In this document: piece after piece, positions 13,738 to 25,602 of the stretch
Position numbering within the stretch: the first letter of the stretch is position 1
How the letters are laid out: the number at the start of each line of letters is the position of its first letter
The notes under the pieces: model-generated
Databases searched by the model: none
The model's input: only the letters and a program-made list of their open reading frames with translations
Told to the model about the DNA's origin: nothing
Position numbers and translations under genes: made by a program
Source: Batkoa obscura
Taxonomy: Eukaryota
Assembly (NCBI GenBank): GCA_030770535.1
Contig: JASVEC010000011.1
Coordinates: 1,116,001-1,180,000, forward strand
Reading direction: 5' to 3'
DNA length: 64,000 nt

Positions 13738-15069
13738 ATGAATTTGACTTTTGATAATTTACCGGACCTTGTTTTAATCGAAATATTTCATCAATGTACC
13801 CCGGTTAGTTTATTTGGACTTGGTCTTTTGAATAAAAGGATTTATAATATAGTCTTTGAAGTGATACAGTCAAACTTTAAATGGAATACATATGAGAAAT
13901 GTGGGGGAGAATACAAAAAATTACAAAAGCAATTCATCAAAAATAATGCTAATAAGGTCAAGAATTTATCTATTTATAACGTTGATAGTTTGAGGCTATT
14001 GAATTCATGTTCTAATGTGAAAAAAATTAACTTGAATGCTTTTGTGGCGTTACCCCACTGGGATGAGATTGTTGTTTCGAACAAGTTATTAATGTTAACA
14101 AATTTAAAAGTCACATTAAAAGCAACAGATTATGATAAATTTGTAAGCATATTCAAAGACATATTACAAAATATTGTAAATTTTGAAGTTTATATTGAAG
14201 AGTTTTACTTGGATAAATTTATAGAGATTTTGAATCCATACAAACTGAAATGTCTGAAAATTGAATCAATGTGTCTCACTTTGAATGAATTAGAGATGTT
14301 TAAAAGAAGGTTTGTAAAATTAGGAGCATTACAACTTTATGGATATGAAATTAAGATACCAACTGGTTTTAAAGATGAATCTAGTTTCCAATCCCTTAAA
14401 AAATTAAACATTGTTGGGAGTCCATCGCATAATTTTAAGTTAGATTATTTGGGAGACTTGGGAATGATAACATTATTAAATATAAACTTACTCGGATTTG
14501 AACACGACTTGATTCTATTTAAGGATTCATCAAAGTCCAAAGTTCAGACTTTAGAGTTAAGGGAGTGTATAAATTTTAATTTAAACAATATATCAGATAT
14601 GCCTTTCTTGAAAAAAGTATCTATACATGGGAATGAGCTATTTATGACTATGATAGAAGACGTTTTGCCACAATCCAATATTCAGATCTTTGAGGCACAT
14701 GAGTTATACTATCCTAAAGTCAGATGCTTGACCAAAAAAAGCGATAGCTCAATTAATAATTATTCCCATTTAAGTAACTATAAAGAGGAATCAAAGCTTA
14801 ATATATCGATTACATCTAAATCTGTGATGGAATTTACTACCAAATCTTCATGTATCACCTTTCAAAGCTTTTTCAATACTATAAAGTCTTTCCCAAATCT
14901 TACACTAGTAAAATGTAATTTAGGGTGTATTTATAATGAGAACTGTAAGATCGATAATAATCAATCGTTTTATTTTCAAGTCTCAAAATCTTTTGATATA
15001 AATCATGACACTTTAATATTTAAAAGGTTATCTGCGATTCCGTTAGTTAGACTTGAGGAAATATATTAG
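13738..15069 (+). CDS. F-box protein with LRR/RNI-like C-terminal region, intronless
   Basis: N-terminal LTFDNLPDLVLIEIFHQC...LGLLNKRIYNIV is F-box-like, followed by repeated LxxLxI/L motifs. 443-aa ORF. Confidence 0.75.
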   Translation: MNLTFDNLPDLVLIEIFHQCTPVSLFGLGLLNKRIYNIVFEVIQSNFKWNTYEKCGGEYKKLQKQFIKNNANKVKNLSIYNVDSLRLLNSCSNVKKINLNAFVALPHWDEIVVSNKLLMLTNLKVTLKATDYDKFVSIFKDILQNIVNFEVYIEEFYLDKFIEILNPYKLKCLKIESMCLTLNELEMFKRRFVKLGALQLYGYEIKIPTGFKDESSFQSLKKLNIVGSPSHNFKLDYLGDLGMITLLNINLLGFEHDLILFKDSSKSKVQTLELRECINFNLNNISDMPFLKKVSIHGNELFMTMIEDVLPQSNIQIFEAHELYYPKVRCLTKKSDSSINNYSHLSNYKEESKLNISITSKSVMEFTTKSSCITFQSFFNTIKSFPNLTLVKCNLGCIYNENCKIDNNQSFYFQVSKSFDINHDTLIFKRLSAIPLVRLEEIY

Positions 15070-16127
15070 GTTACTATACTATATTGTTTTATTTTCAAAT
15101 ATTCATATATACTAGTGTAGTATATTATTAAGATGTAATGCTAGAATAATATTTTATAATGGATTTAATAAAATAACTACAAATACTATCTAAACTACGT
15201 ATTACTAGCAATTTAATTAAATTAGGAAAGTTGATTCAAAATGAGCTATTTATTTTTAATGTGTTGCTATTCAAAAATATCAAATTAATAAAAAAAGGAT
15301 TTGTAAAAAAAAGTAATAAATTCCTGGATAAGATAAACCCTTAGATATTGCTGAAAATACACCTTCAAAGCTGGCTTTAACCAGAAGTATTTATTCTATG
15401 CTCTATATTTTTATACAAATAAAGTTGACTTTAAAAATAGATTTATCTGTTAGCCAATAAATTTTTGTAGAGTAAAATATTCTTTTGGCAGAACTTTATT
15501 AGTTTTAAAATCATAGCATTATTCATCCATTCCTGTTATCTTTAAATGCAAAAAGCTTTTAATAGTGGTCATGTTAAATATACAAATAAATTTAAATTTA
15601 TGTCACAAAACTTTATACTTTTATGATATTTAAAAAAACAAAAAATATATAATAAGATTATTATATGCTTTAGAATTTTAATCTAGTTTTATTATTTGCT
15701 GCTACAAAATTAATCTCATACAACACAACTAGTATACAAGGACCATTTTAAATCAAACTTTGTTAAGGCCAAATTCTAAACAACTGAAATTAGAGCAAAA
15801 ACGCAGTAGCAAAAATGAATATTTTCAAAGCTTCCAATAAAAAGTAAAATCTTTAAAGTTGCTTTTAATAAACCAATTAAACCCATTTCTATCTTATCGC
15901 ATTCATTTAAAAACATTAATATTTTATATTTGAAATAACTTTGCTAACCTTTTCTCCTTACCTTTATCTTTTTTTCTCTTTGCTCTTAAAGAGCATTTAC
16001 CAATGTAAGGTATTTTATACTAAAGAACAATCACGTTTATTCATTTTTGAACTCAATTTATCAACCTAAACTAAAACTATTATTTCCAGTTTTTAGAAAA
16101 GTTTAACATTACCTCATTTCTCCTCAA

Positions 16128-17397
16128 ATGACAGACAACCCCACCTCCCTCAACAACCAAGAAGCCAATAGATCTAACGGTAAAAGTACTAAAAATCATG
16201 ACATTAACTCGTAAGGCTTTTAATTATATGTTTGAATTTATTAAATACATTTAGCGATTCTGACGAAAGAGGCTCAAAAAATGGCTTAACCATCCGCGCA
16301 CTTGTATCATCAAAAGAAGCAGGTGTTATCATTGGGAAAGGCGGGAAGAATGTCACCGATATCAGAGATGCTACAGGCGCTCGCGCTGGCGTTTCTAAAG
16401 TTATTCAAGGTGTCCCAACCAGAGTTCTTTCAATTAGCGGTACCTTAGATTCAATTTCCCAAGTAAATTTATTTGAACTATTTATGATTTTGTTTTATTA
16501 TTGTTTTAGGCATATGGTAGAGTTGCAAAAGCACTTATTGAAAGCGTTGATTCTTCTCCTGAAGCCTCAACTAATCTTAAAGCTGGTACTAATACAACCT
16601 CAGTCCGTATTCTTATATCACATAGTATTATGGGTTCAGTTATTGGAAAGCAAGGAACAAAAATCAAAGCTATGCAAGAAGTATCTGGTACTCGCATGAT
16701 TGCTACCAAAGAAATGCTTGGACAGAGTACTGAAAGAGTTGTTGAAATACACGGTAACCCAGATTCTATTGTTACTGCTATGTTTGAAATCGGAAAGTGC
16801 ATTTTGGCAGATTTTGATAAAACGCAAAACACTGTTTTATACAATCCTTCACAGAGATTAACCCAACCTGTGCAACCAACTGGATTCTACCCTAATTTCC
16901 AATCAACCTTTCAACCTCCTATAAACGGTGGAGAATACAATTATCTTCATGGTGCCCCACGCTTCCTCTCAAATCCTAGATTTGAAAATCATATACCACA
17001 TCCACATGTACAACCTCATATTAACCCTGCCATCCAAGCTCTACCACATCATTCCTCTCTAGCTCCAATGGGCCTAGGCTCAGCAATCCCAACAATTCCA
17101 ACGATTCCGTCGTCTCCTTTAGTTACAAAAAAACTTAGTATAGCTTCTGATATGGTTGGCTGTGTTATTGGTAAACACGGCTCAAAGATTGCCGAGATCC
17201 GCCGCCTTTCAAGTGCCAAGATCAGTATTGCTAAAGAAGCAGAATCAGATACTAACACACGTCTTTTTACGATTTATGGTACTGCGGAAGCCAATGAGAC
17301 AGCCATATATCTTATTTATGCTCAATTAGAAGCTGAAAAGGAACGCCGTGCCTCACATCCATTAGTTGATGGCAAGAATGGCAATTTAGCTAAATAA
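16128..17397 (+). CDS. three-KH-domain RNA-binding protein (hnRNP K/PCBP family; Rnc1/Pbp2/Hek2-like)
   Basis: Three KH GxxG loops: AGVIIGKGGKNV, MGSVIGKQGTKI, VGCVIGKHGSKI. Introns at ~16180/16211-16254 and 16463-16509. Confidence 0.9.
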
Positions 17398-17609
17398 AAA
17401 GGACACATGGTTGCCCCTACTATGCTTTTTTGAGTTTTTAGAATTAAGTTTCAAACGATGAGCTTAGAAGTTATTCGCAGTTTTATTTTTATTTTTTTTA
17501 TATTGAAAATAAAGTATTGTCTTCTTTATTTACTTTTGCTACCATAAAGTTTAATAATCTAAAAGGCATTGAATAATTGTTGTAAATGCATCTATTAAAT
17601 TAAATATAT

Positions 17610-17707
17610 GGGGATGTATTTTTTTGTTTAAGAATTTTACCAACAATCTTTCTGCTCAAATAGCGCTTAAAAATGGAAAAAGTAATGAAACTAAAAAAAA
17701 CATCCTC
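17610..17707 (+). mobile_element. MITE family A
   Basis: Full length, TSD ATAT/ATAT; between the convergent KH and epimerase genes. Confidence 0.85.
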
Positions 17708-17904
17708 ATATCAAGACATCTCATAATTAGAACCTTTCTACACTAAGATATTATCAAAACAGTTAATTTATAAATTATACTTTAATGAAAAGTTTAAATT
17801 ATTTAAATTTATTAATTTAGTAAATTAAATGAGGCATATAATTAACTATAATTTTTAATAAATACTATCAAAAATTCGAGCTAGTACGAGAATGATAATC
17901 AGAC

Positions 17905-18987
17905 TTAGAGTTTAGAAGAAACAGGCTTAAATCCATTTGGATTCTTTTTTTGCCAACGCCAAAGATCGTCACACATATCTTGTAAGCCACGCTTAGCCTT
18001 CCATCCCAATTCCTTTTGAGCTAAAGAAGGATCTGCAACTACTTCGGCTACGTCACCAGGTCTACGAGCAGCTATTTTATAGGCTATTTTACGTTGACTA
18101 GCCTTTTCCATTGCTTGGATCATTTCTAATACAGAGTAACCTCTCCCAGTTCCTAAATTATAAATCCAGCATCCATTATTATTTGGACTGGCTCCATTTT
18201 TAGGAAATCTACCAAGAGCATGGACATGCCCAAGAGCAAGATCAGTGACATGGATGTAATCCCTGACACCTGTCCCATCTTTTGTTGGATAATCGTTTCC
18301 AAAAACTTCAACTTGCTGAAGTTTACCAATAGCAACTTGAGATACATAAGGCATTAAGTTATTGGGAATACCATTTGGGACTTCACCAATATGGCCTGAA
18401 ATATCGGCACCAACTGGGTTAAAATAGCGTAATAAAACGGCTGATAAATTTTTATTTCCGTTACAAGCGTCTTTTATAATTTCTTCATTAAATAGTTTGG
18501 TACGTCCATAAGGATTAGTGCACCCAGTTTTACTATTTTCATCTAAAGGTAACTTTTCAGGAACACCGTAAACTGTTGCAGATGAAGAGAAAACAATACG
18601 ATTAACTAAGTATTTTTGCATCAATTTCAATAAGATTACTGTTGTTCCAATATTGACAGAATAATACTCTAATGGAATCGTACTTGATTCTCCAACTGCT
18701 TTCAACCCAGCAAAGTGAATTACAGCGTCAAATTTGTAAGTTTGAAATAAAGACTCAATTTTATTTTCATCTCTTAAATCGTATTTGTAGAACTTTAATT
18801 TTTTACCACCTAACTGTTCTACTCGTTTTAAGCTTTCCTCGCTACTGTTGCATAAATTATCGACAACGACTACACTACAATTTAATTTAAGTAACTCCAA
18901 AACTGTGTGACTACCAATAAACCCTGCTCCACCAGTGACTAAGATTACTGATTGATTATTTAACTCGAACCTGTTTTGAATTTGCAT
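17905..18987 (-). CDS. GALE: UDP-glucose 4-epimerase (GalE; epimerase domain only), intronless
   Basis: ILVTGGAGFIGSH, HFAGLKAVGES, FSSSATVYG, NPYGRTK, LRYFNPVGA, DGTGVRDYIHV, YNLGTG, RRPGD. Confidence 0.96.
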   Translation of the reverse strand: MQIQNRFELNNQSVILVTGGAGFIGSHTVLELLKLNCSVVVVDNLCNSSEESLKRVEQLGGKKLKFYKYDLRDENKIESLFQTYKFDAVIHFAGLKAVGESSTIPLEYYSVNIGTTVILLKLMQKYLVNRIVFSSSATVYGVPEKLPLDENSKTGCTNPYGRTKLFNEEIIKDACNGNKNLSAVLLRYFNPVGADISGHIGEVPNGIPNNLMPYVSQVAIGKLQQVEVFGNDYPTKDGTGVRDYIHVTDLALGHVHALGRFPKNGASPNNNGCWIYNLGTGRGYSVLEMIQAMEKASQRKIAYKIAARRPGDVAEVVADPSLAQKELGWKAKRGLQDMCDDLWRWQKKNPNGFKPVSSKL

Positions 18988-19394
18988 AATAAGTTTAACT
19001 AAAAGCTATTTACATGAAATTTTCAATTTTATTTGTTTAGTCTAGCCAATCATAAATCAGATTAAATTAAATACACTATAATGTATTTTTAAATATTGAT
19101 TTATTTTTAAACATCAATTTATTTTTAGTTTATAAGTTTAAAATAGGATTGTTAAAATAAAATTTTAAGTATAGCTTATTGGGCAACTATATTTTCCATT
19201 TTTTAGTGGTATTCTCTTTAAAGATTTTAAAAATGATTTAAACTAACAACCAAAACTTACATTATATTAATATATTGTATCTTTTCTTTATGTTTTATTT
19301 AATAGTTGATAATATTAAAATAAATTAAAAGGTATGTTTAAATAGTACACGCCCAAATTATTTAATAAAAACGCTTAAAAACAAAGAATATTTT

Positions 19395-20700
19395 TTATTA
19401 AGAAACAAAAGTACCTGATACAGTTTTAATTATTTTATTATAATTTATATTATAAGTTAACAGAATTTCTACTAAATTTGATAAAAATTCCCGGATTAGT
19501 AAGGCTTTTACTAATATAACTTATATATTGATATTAATCAAAGTTGTAGTATGTAAATAAATACATATTCCTGTAAAACTTCATTAAGGAATATTTATTG
19601 TTGACTGCTTTATAGCCGACATTGGAGACTTTCTATCAAATAGATAAATTATTTCAATGTTATAATTACATTATTAATATGGGGATGTATTTTTGTATTT
19701 AAGAATTTTACTAACAACTTTTCCGCTTAAATAGCGCTTAAAAAATGGAAAAACTGATGAAGCCAAAAAAACACCCCCATATATTATTAAGTTAATAAAT
19801 AGCTACATAAAAGGAAGTAATTAGCCCCAAAACTATAACCATCTTTATATAATACAAGCAATATAATAATAGTTTTTACTTATTATTATAACTACTCATT
19901 TTTTAATTATTTATTAACTTAACTTAGCTATTAATAATTTAAGTAATATCAACATTTAATAATTGATTTCTATCATTTAATAAGCTACTTGCTTAATAAA
20001 TATTGAAACTTAAATTTTCTGTTATTTTTGTAAGATAAACTGGGATTGATTTTCTAATTTTTTTTTTAATAAACTTTATAACTTTAATTGGAATTATATC
20101 ACTTTTTTTGATCTATCAGATACTAGATAACAGTGTAGTTTATTATTACGTTTAATAAGATGTAAATACTTTTCAATACCTTGTATTCCTATTATTTTTT
20201 TTATATCTTTGTTTCTCTCATACTTTTTAAAAATTATATTTGTTTTCCCATTATTGACAGTTGAGTTATTAATTCTATCATGTTCACAAATAAAAACCTC
20301 AAATTTTAAAATTAATCAATTAATATTCTCTATTTTATCTAATGCTTTAAAACTATTTTTCCATTGTGAAAGATTTCTGAAATGTTTATTAACTGTACTT
20401 TTTCCATGACACTCAGCAAAAAAATCAAGATCAATATATAAACTACTATTTATTTTATAAAATTTATTAAATATATAATATAAAAAGTTTTAAAATTTAA
20501 AACAATCTTTTATATCTGCTCATATATTAACTTTTATAAGCCTTTCAAATAAAAGCTTTTTAGATATTAAATCAATTAAACAATTTCCTGCATATGCTGG
20601 ATTATGATTTAATATTTCAAATAAATAACCGAAATAAACTTTGCCTATTGATTTGTCATTTTTTAAATGTAAAATATCAAAACCTAATACTGATATAGCT
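19395..20700 (-). mobile_element. family B transposon, decayed 3' half
   Basis: Colinear with ~35000-36085 (e.g. gatctatcagatact, ttttccattgtgaaagattt, ctgcatatgctgg). MITE at 19681; cut off by the solo LTR at 20702. Confidence 0.8.
19681..19778 (+). mobile_element. MITE family A
   Basis: Full length, TSD ATAT; empty site at ~32875 and ~35140. Confidence 0.88.
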
Positions 20701-20701
20701 T

Positions 20702-21183
20702 TGTGAAATATCGATTCATTAGCTCTAGGATTGATTATAATATGATAATTAATTCAGAGTTCCTTATATAGATTTGCTGTAAGAATTGCTACCACCTGAT
20801 CATGAAGAACTTATTGTCCACGTTTTGATGTCCATACTTGGCAGTTATAATAAGGAATAACTGTTATAATGTTCCTTATATATAGCCACCCAGTTGGAGT
20901 ATAAAAGAGATTCTTCGACATACTAACTCGAGGCTTTTTTAATTGAATTACTCCTTGATATCGTATTATTAATAAAGTCACTAAATCTTTCTGACAACAT
21001 CTTACATAGATTTTACAGTAGTATCTTCTATTATATTTGTTTTACATAATTCGTAGCTTATTACGTACTATTTCTATTAAGTTAAGTCTATCTTAGTTAT
21101 ATAAACTAAGATCGTTCGACTCAAGGCAAGTTAATCAAGTAAGAACTGCTTTTAACTCCTACCACTGAGTACCAACTTCCATA
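20702..21183 (+). mobile_element. solo LTR (family C, variant 5' half)
   Basis: Starts TGTGAAAT; gagtataaaagag TATA-like box and AATAAA; conserved 3' part ending accaacttccata. Confidence 0.7.
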
Positions 21184-21324
21184 CCAGCTATTTATTGATT
21201 TAATAACACATTAATAGTGTAATCATAACATTAATATATGATTTATATTATTATTATTATTTAATTTAATTTAAAACAATTATAATAAAAACTAGATTTT
21301 ATAAAAAAAATAATTAATTAATAT

Positions 21325-21410
21325 GGGGGTGTTTTTTTTTGGCTTCATCATTTTTTCAATCTTTTAAGCGCTATTTGAACAGAAAAATTGTTAGTAAAGT
21401 TCTTGAATAT
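21325..21410 (-). mobile_element. MITE family A (one end lost)
   Basis: gggggtgtttt...taagcgctatttg...gttagtaaagttctt. Confidence 0.75.
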
Positions 21411-22439
21411 AAAATTTAATAAAGTATTTTAAATTTAAAACTTTTTAGTAAAAATAAAAAATGTATTATATATATATTATTATTATTAATATGATTAAAA
21501 AACAATAATTATTATTATTATATAAAGGCTATTTAAATTAACATTATTAATTTTTTAATAAATTTAAACTTTAAAGCTAAAATAAAGTATCAAACACTTA
21601 TAATTTTTTATATTATATAGTTTATGTTTTTATTTTTATTTTTATTATAAGTTTATTTTTAATATTAAAATTTATAAATAATACTTAAATATAAAAGATT
21701 TATTTATTTAAAAAATTAAATTATTCAAGCATTGATATAAAAGCTAATTAAAGATGTCATTTTGAATGCACTAACATATTAAAAAACCAACTTATCTAAA
21801 CTCATATTTTTGGAATAAATACAATAGTTTGTAATTTTAAAACAATTATTGATATTTTAATAAAATCTAAAAAAACAAAAGTTTAAAATTAAAAATTAAA
21901 ATATTTATAGCATTAAGCAAATTAATAATAACAGTATGCTGTTAGCTTTAAGTTTATTTTTTTTGGCTAAGTACTGTTTTATAAATAAAAGATGCTTTAT
22001 TGTATAATTTATTTTATCACTTATAAAGTTACAGTAATGTTTTTTTACACGTTTTGTTTACTTTATAAGCTTAAAATTATAAATCTTTCTATTTGAAATC
22101 ATAATGAAACATTCTAATAAAATTTTCATATATAAAATTTTAATTGTGTTAATATCAATCCTGATTTTATGAAACAGTTATATTTTTGATCAATAATAAT
22201 ATTTTTAATAGATTTTATCATTATTTTGCCGAAATTGTTATACATGTATTTAAAAACAATACTATTTCTAAAACATTAAAATAATAAATATTCATTTGAC
22301 TTGATTTTTCCCTAATTAACCAATAATTTCAAAAGTAATACTAAATTAACAAACTAAGATGAATTTGGGATATTCTTTGAAAGAGAGAATAATAAAATAG
22401 GTCTTTCTTTTCTAGTTCATATTAAAGAGCCTAGTAACA

Positions 22440-22884
22440 ATGGTAATACATCCATCCTTTAATCAAATAACAAAGCAATCGATAAAACGATAGAAAAATA
22501 ATGTTAGACGATATGTTAAAATTTCTTTGCTCATTTTCAAATTATTTCAAGTGCTAAATTAACATATAAAAAGCCTAAGCAGGTTAGTGACATTAAACAA
22601 TTCCTTGAAATTGCCCGTCGTGCCGACGCCAAATGTAAGTGGTTTAAAGAAGTTTATGAGAAATAGTTATTAATTTTTGTCAAAGCCGCTCGTGTTAAGA
22701 AGAACGGAAAACAAATTAAATTTAAGGTCCGTTGTTCTAAATACCTTTACACCCTTGTTGTAAATGACGCTACCAAAGCTGAAAAGCTTAAGCAATCCCT
22801 TCCTCCAAGTAAGCTTAAAAATCGTTTTCAATCTATTTTTTATAACTTCTTTTAGATCTTGAAGTCACTACCGTTAAGAACTAA
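22440..22884 (+). CDS. RPL38: 60S ribosomal protein eL38, 4 coding exons
   Basis: ATG|intron|[70 protein letters not shown]. Absent from the ORF track because it is spliced. Confidence 0.95.
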
Positions 22885-23845
22885 GTGTTCCTAAAATTGG
22901 CTAAATAAATTAAATTAATTTATAAAGATTGAACTATAAAAGTGGATTAAAGTTACTAATTATCAAGTTATTAAAAAAATCAATTTACACATTAAGAAAT
23001 TCGAAGTTATCTTATAGAGATTATTTTAAATATTACTGTCATAGATCAATTTGTATAGGATTATAGATATTTAGGTTTTTTGAAACTCAGAATTTTTCAT
23101 CACATTTTATGAAGCTAAGATTTACTTATAGCATTAAGAAAATATCATAAAAAGGCAAAAGTGCATTTGTTTAAACTAAAGTAGTTTGATAGTTCAAACT
23201 CGCCCATTAAATAGATTATACATTTATTTCGGTTTTATCTAATAAATTATAACACTTTTTTTAGCCATTTCAACAACTTGATAACATTGCACAGATATGT
23301 GGAGGTCGAAAATCTCAATAGTAATGAATGGTATTGAATATTTATGGTACTTTTAAGTTTAGTTTTGAATTTGCCAATGGAGTCTTATCACTCAAAAGTA
23401 TGAAAAAATTATCCAATAATAGATTCAATTATATTTTAATAAATTCTAGCTATACTTAGCATTAAGATTTTATCTATAAAGTTATAAATATTTCATTTTA
23501 ATAAAAACGTTATATTTTTATCATTTCATCTAAATCTATGTTTTATTTGTTTCTTTATTTTGATAAAAGTAGTTTAGTATTTTAAAATGATTATTTGGGA
23601 TTTCTAGTTTTTAATATATTTTATAGCAAAACTAATATTCTTTGTCTTTATTAACATGTATAAACTGTTGAAATATTAAATTTTTTAATACTATAATTTT
23701 AATATTTTTTTAAAAGATTTATAAATCCATAAAGTTGAATTCAGTTATTCAAATGTTATATTCCAATCAAAAAGAATAAGAACAAGAATAAATGACTCAA
23801 AACTCACAGATTCAAAGGGAGGATCAATCAACTTTTTTTAAAAAA

Positions 23846-25140
23846 ATGAATAAAGATATAAAAGTAATAATCATATTAAATAAAGTGAAAATAATATTAA
23901 CAAACAAGCAAAGATTCCGGATTTGTATGCACCAAAAGCGATTACGTCATGTATAAAATTCAGTCCAAAAGATAATAGATTAGCCATTGGAGCCTTTGAT
24001 AAATCAGTAATAATAGCTCCATTTTAATCAAAATTCAATTTCTAACTTTTACAAGCTTACACTATTAGAAGTGTCTGAAGATGGTCAAGAGTTTAATAAA
24101 CTTGCTAATTTTTATCATACAAGGTCACCTATGTGTCTCGATTGGAGTCCTGTAATAGTCATATACTGTAGAAAGAATAAATATTTGACTTTTGTTTTAG
24201 GACGGCTCAAAGTTAGCAGTCGGGGATGCTAGTGGAGCACTTAAGATCTATGATATAGGCTCAGGTTCCGTGATAGAAATCCAAGCTCATCAAGATATAA
24301 TCAAAGGCATTGGATGGGTCTCGGAGACGGAGCCTTTGGTTGTTACGGCATCGTTTGATAAAACATTGAAGGTAAAGAGATAAAGTTTATCTTAAATAGT
24401 AATTAATGAGCTGAATTTTAGTATTGGAATATCTTAAGCAAAGAATGTTTAAAAACAATGCAATTAAAAGGAGAGTGCTTTGCATTAAGTATCAAGTTTC
24501 CACTCATGGTTGTTGGTATGTCGGATAGACATATAGCAATCTTTGACTTAAATAAACCGTTTGAAATTTATAGGGTAAGCAAGAGTATTTACATTTATTA
24601 AAAATTAACTTTTTGTCAGGAAACTTATTGTACATTAAAATTTCAAATAAGAGATATAGTATGTTATGATGACCCATATTATGGATTTTACACTAGCACA
24701 TTGGAAGGCAGAGTGGGTTCATCCCCAATCCATCCAAAATTTATGGATAAGAGATCTACATTCAAATGCCATTATAAAGGAAAAAAACCATGTTCGGTAA
24801 ATGCAGTAGCAGTACATAAAGAAGACCAATCTTTGATTGTAACAGCAGGAAATAACAATTCGTTTATTTTTTGGAATATTAAAGAAAGACAGCGAATCAA
24901 TACTTATGACAATTTGCCAAATTCAGTGTTCGCATTAAGTTTTAATCCTAATTGTAAACTGCTTGTTTATGCAGTAGGACCAGATTTTACTGAGGTAAGT
25001 GGTATTAGTTTTAAGCTGGTATAATAAACGAATATATATCTAACCATTATTAGAAAGAAGAAATAAGAAATTTTAGTGAAAAACAAAGATTCGGGATTTA
25101 TATTCATAAGGTTACACAAAAGGACATTAAGATGAGTTGA
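23846..25140 (+). CDS. WD40 protein of the Rae1/Gle2-Bub3 family (divergent), ~7 exons
   Basis: Spliced frame with ITSCIKFSP, DWSPDGSK, AHQDIIK, VVTASFDKTLKYW, FPLMVVGMSDRHIAIFDLNKP, LKFQIR, STLEGRV, TFKCH, SVNAV and YAVG, colinear with Rae1 motifs. Start exon less certain. Confidence 0.78.
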
Positions 25141-25602
25141 TGCTAGATACATAATAGGGGGTTTAAGTTAATAGATTGCTTATATCTAGTTTAAAAAATG
25201 AAATGAACAATATAAAATTTGCCCTTTTTGTCTGTTTTGTTAAAGTTTTTTTTCGAGATTATTATATTGTAAAATTAATAAGATTTGTTATTTAGCTTGA
25301 ATTGATTTTTTTTAACTGTCTATAGGAGGTATTCTGATTTCAAATAGATATCTGGAATCTTGCTTTTTTTAGTAGCATATCATTTAGAATTATAAGAAAT
25401 GTATATACGGTTTCATAACGGATAATTTTTTTAATAAGTGGGGTTTATAAAATATTCTTTTCTAAACCTTATTCCAATAACCTCAAAACCAAAAATATAA
25501 ACTAAACCACATTAGACATAACCTTCATTTATTAGTGTTAATAAAATATAATGATAAAAACTCAATTAGATTTAGCAATAAATATCAAAAACAAAAACAA
25601 AC

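Noticed and set aside
19679..19780. TA target duplication implying Tc1/mariner for families A and B
   Set aside because: Empty-site comparisons and the ATTT, ATGT and ATAA flanks show a 4-bp duplication with G-starting termini.
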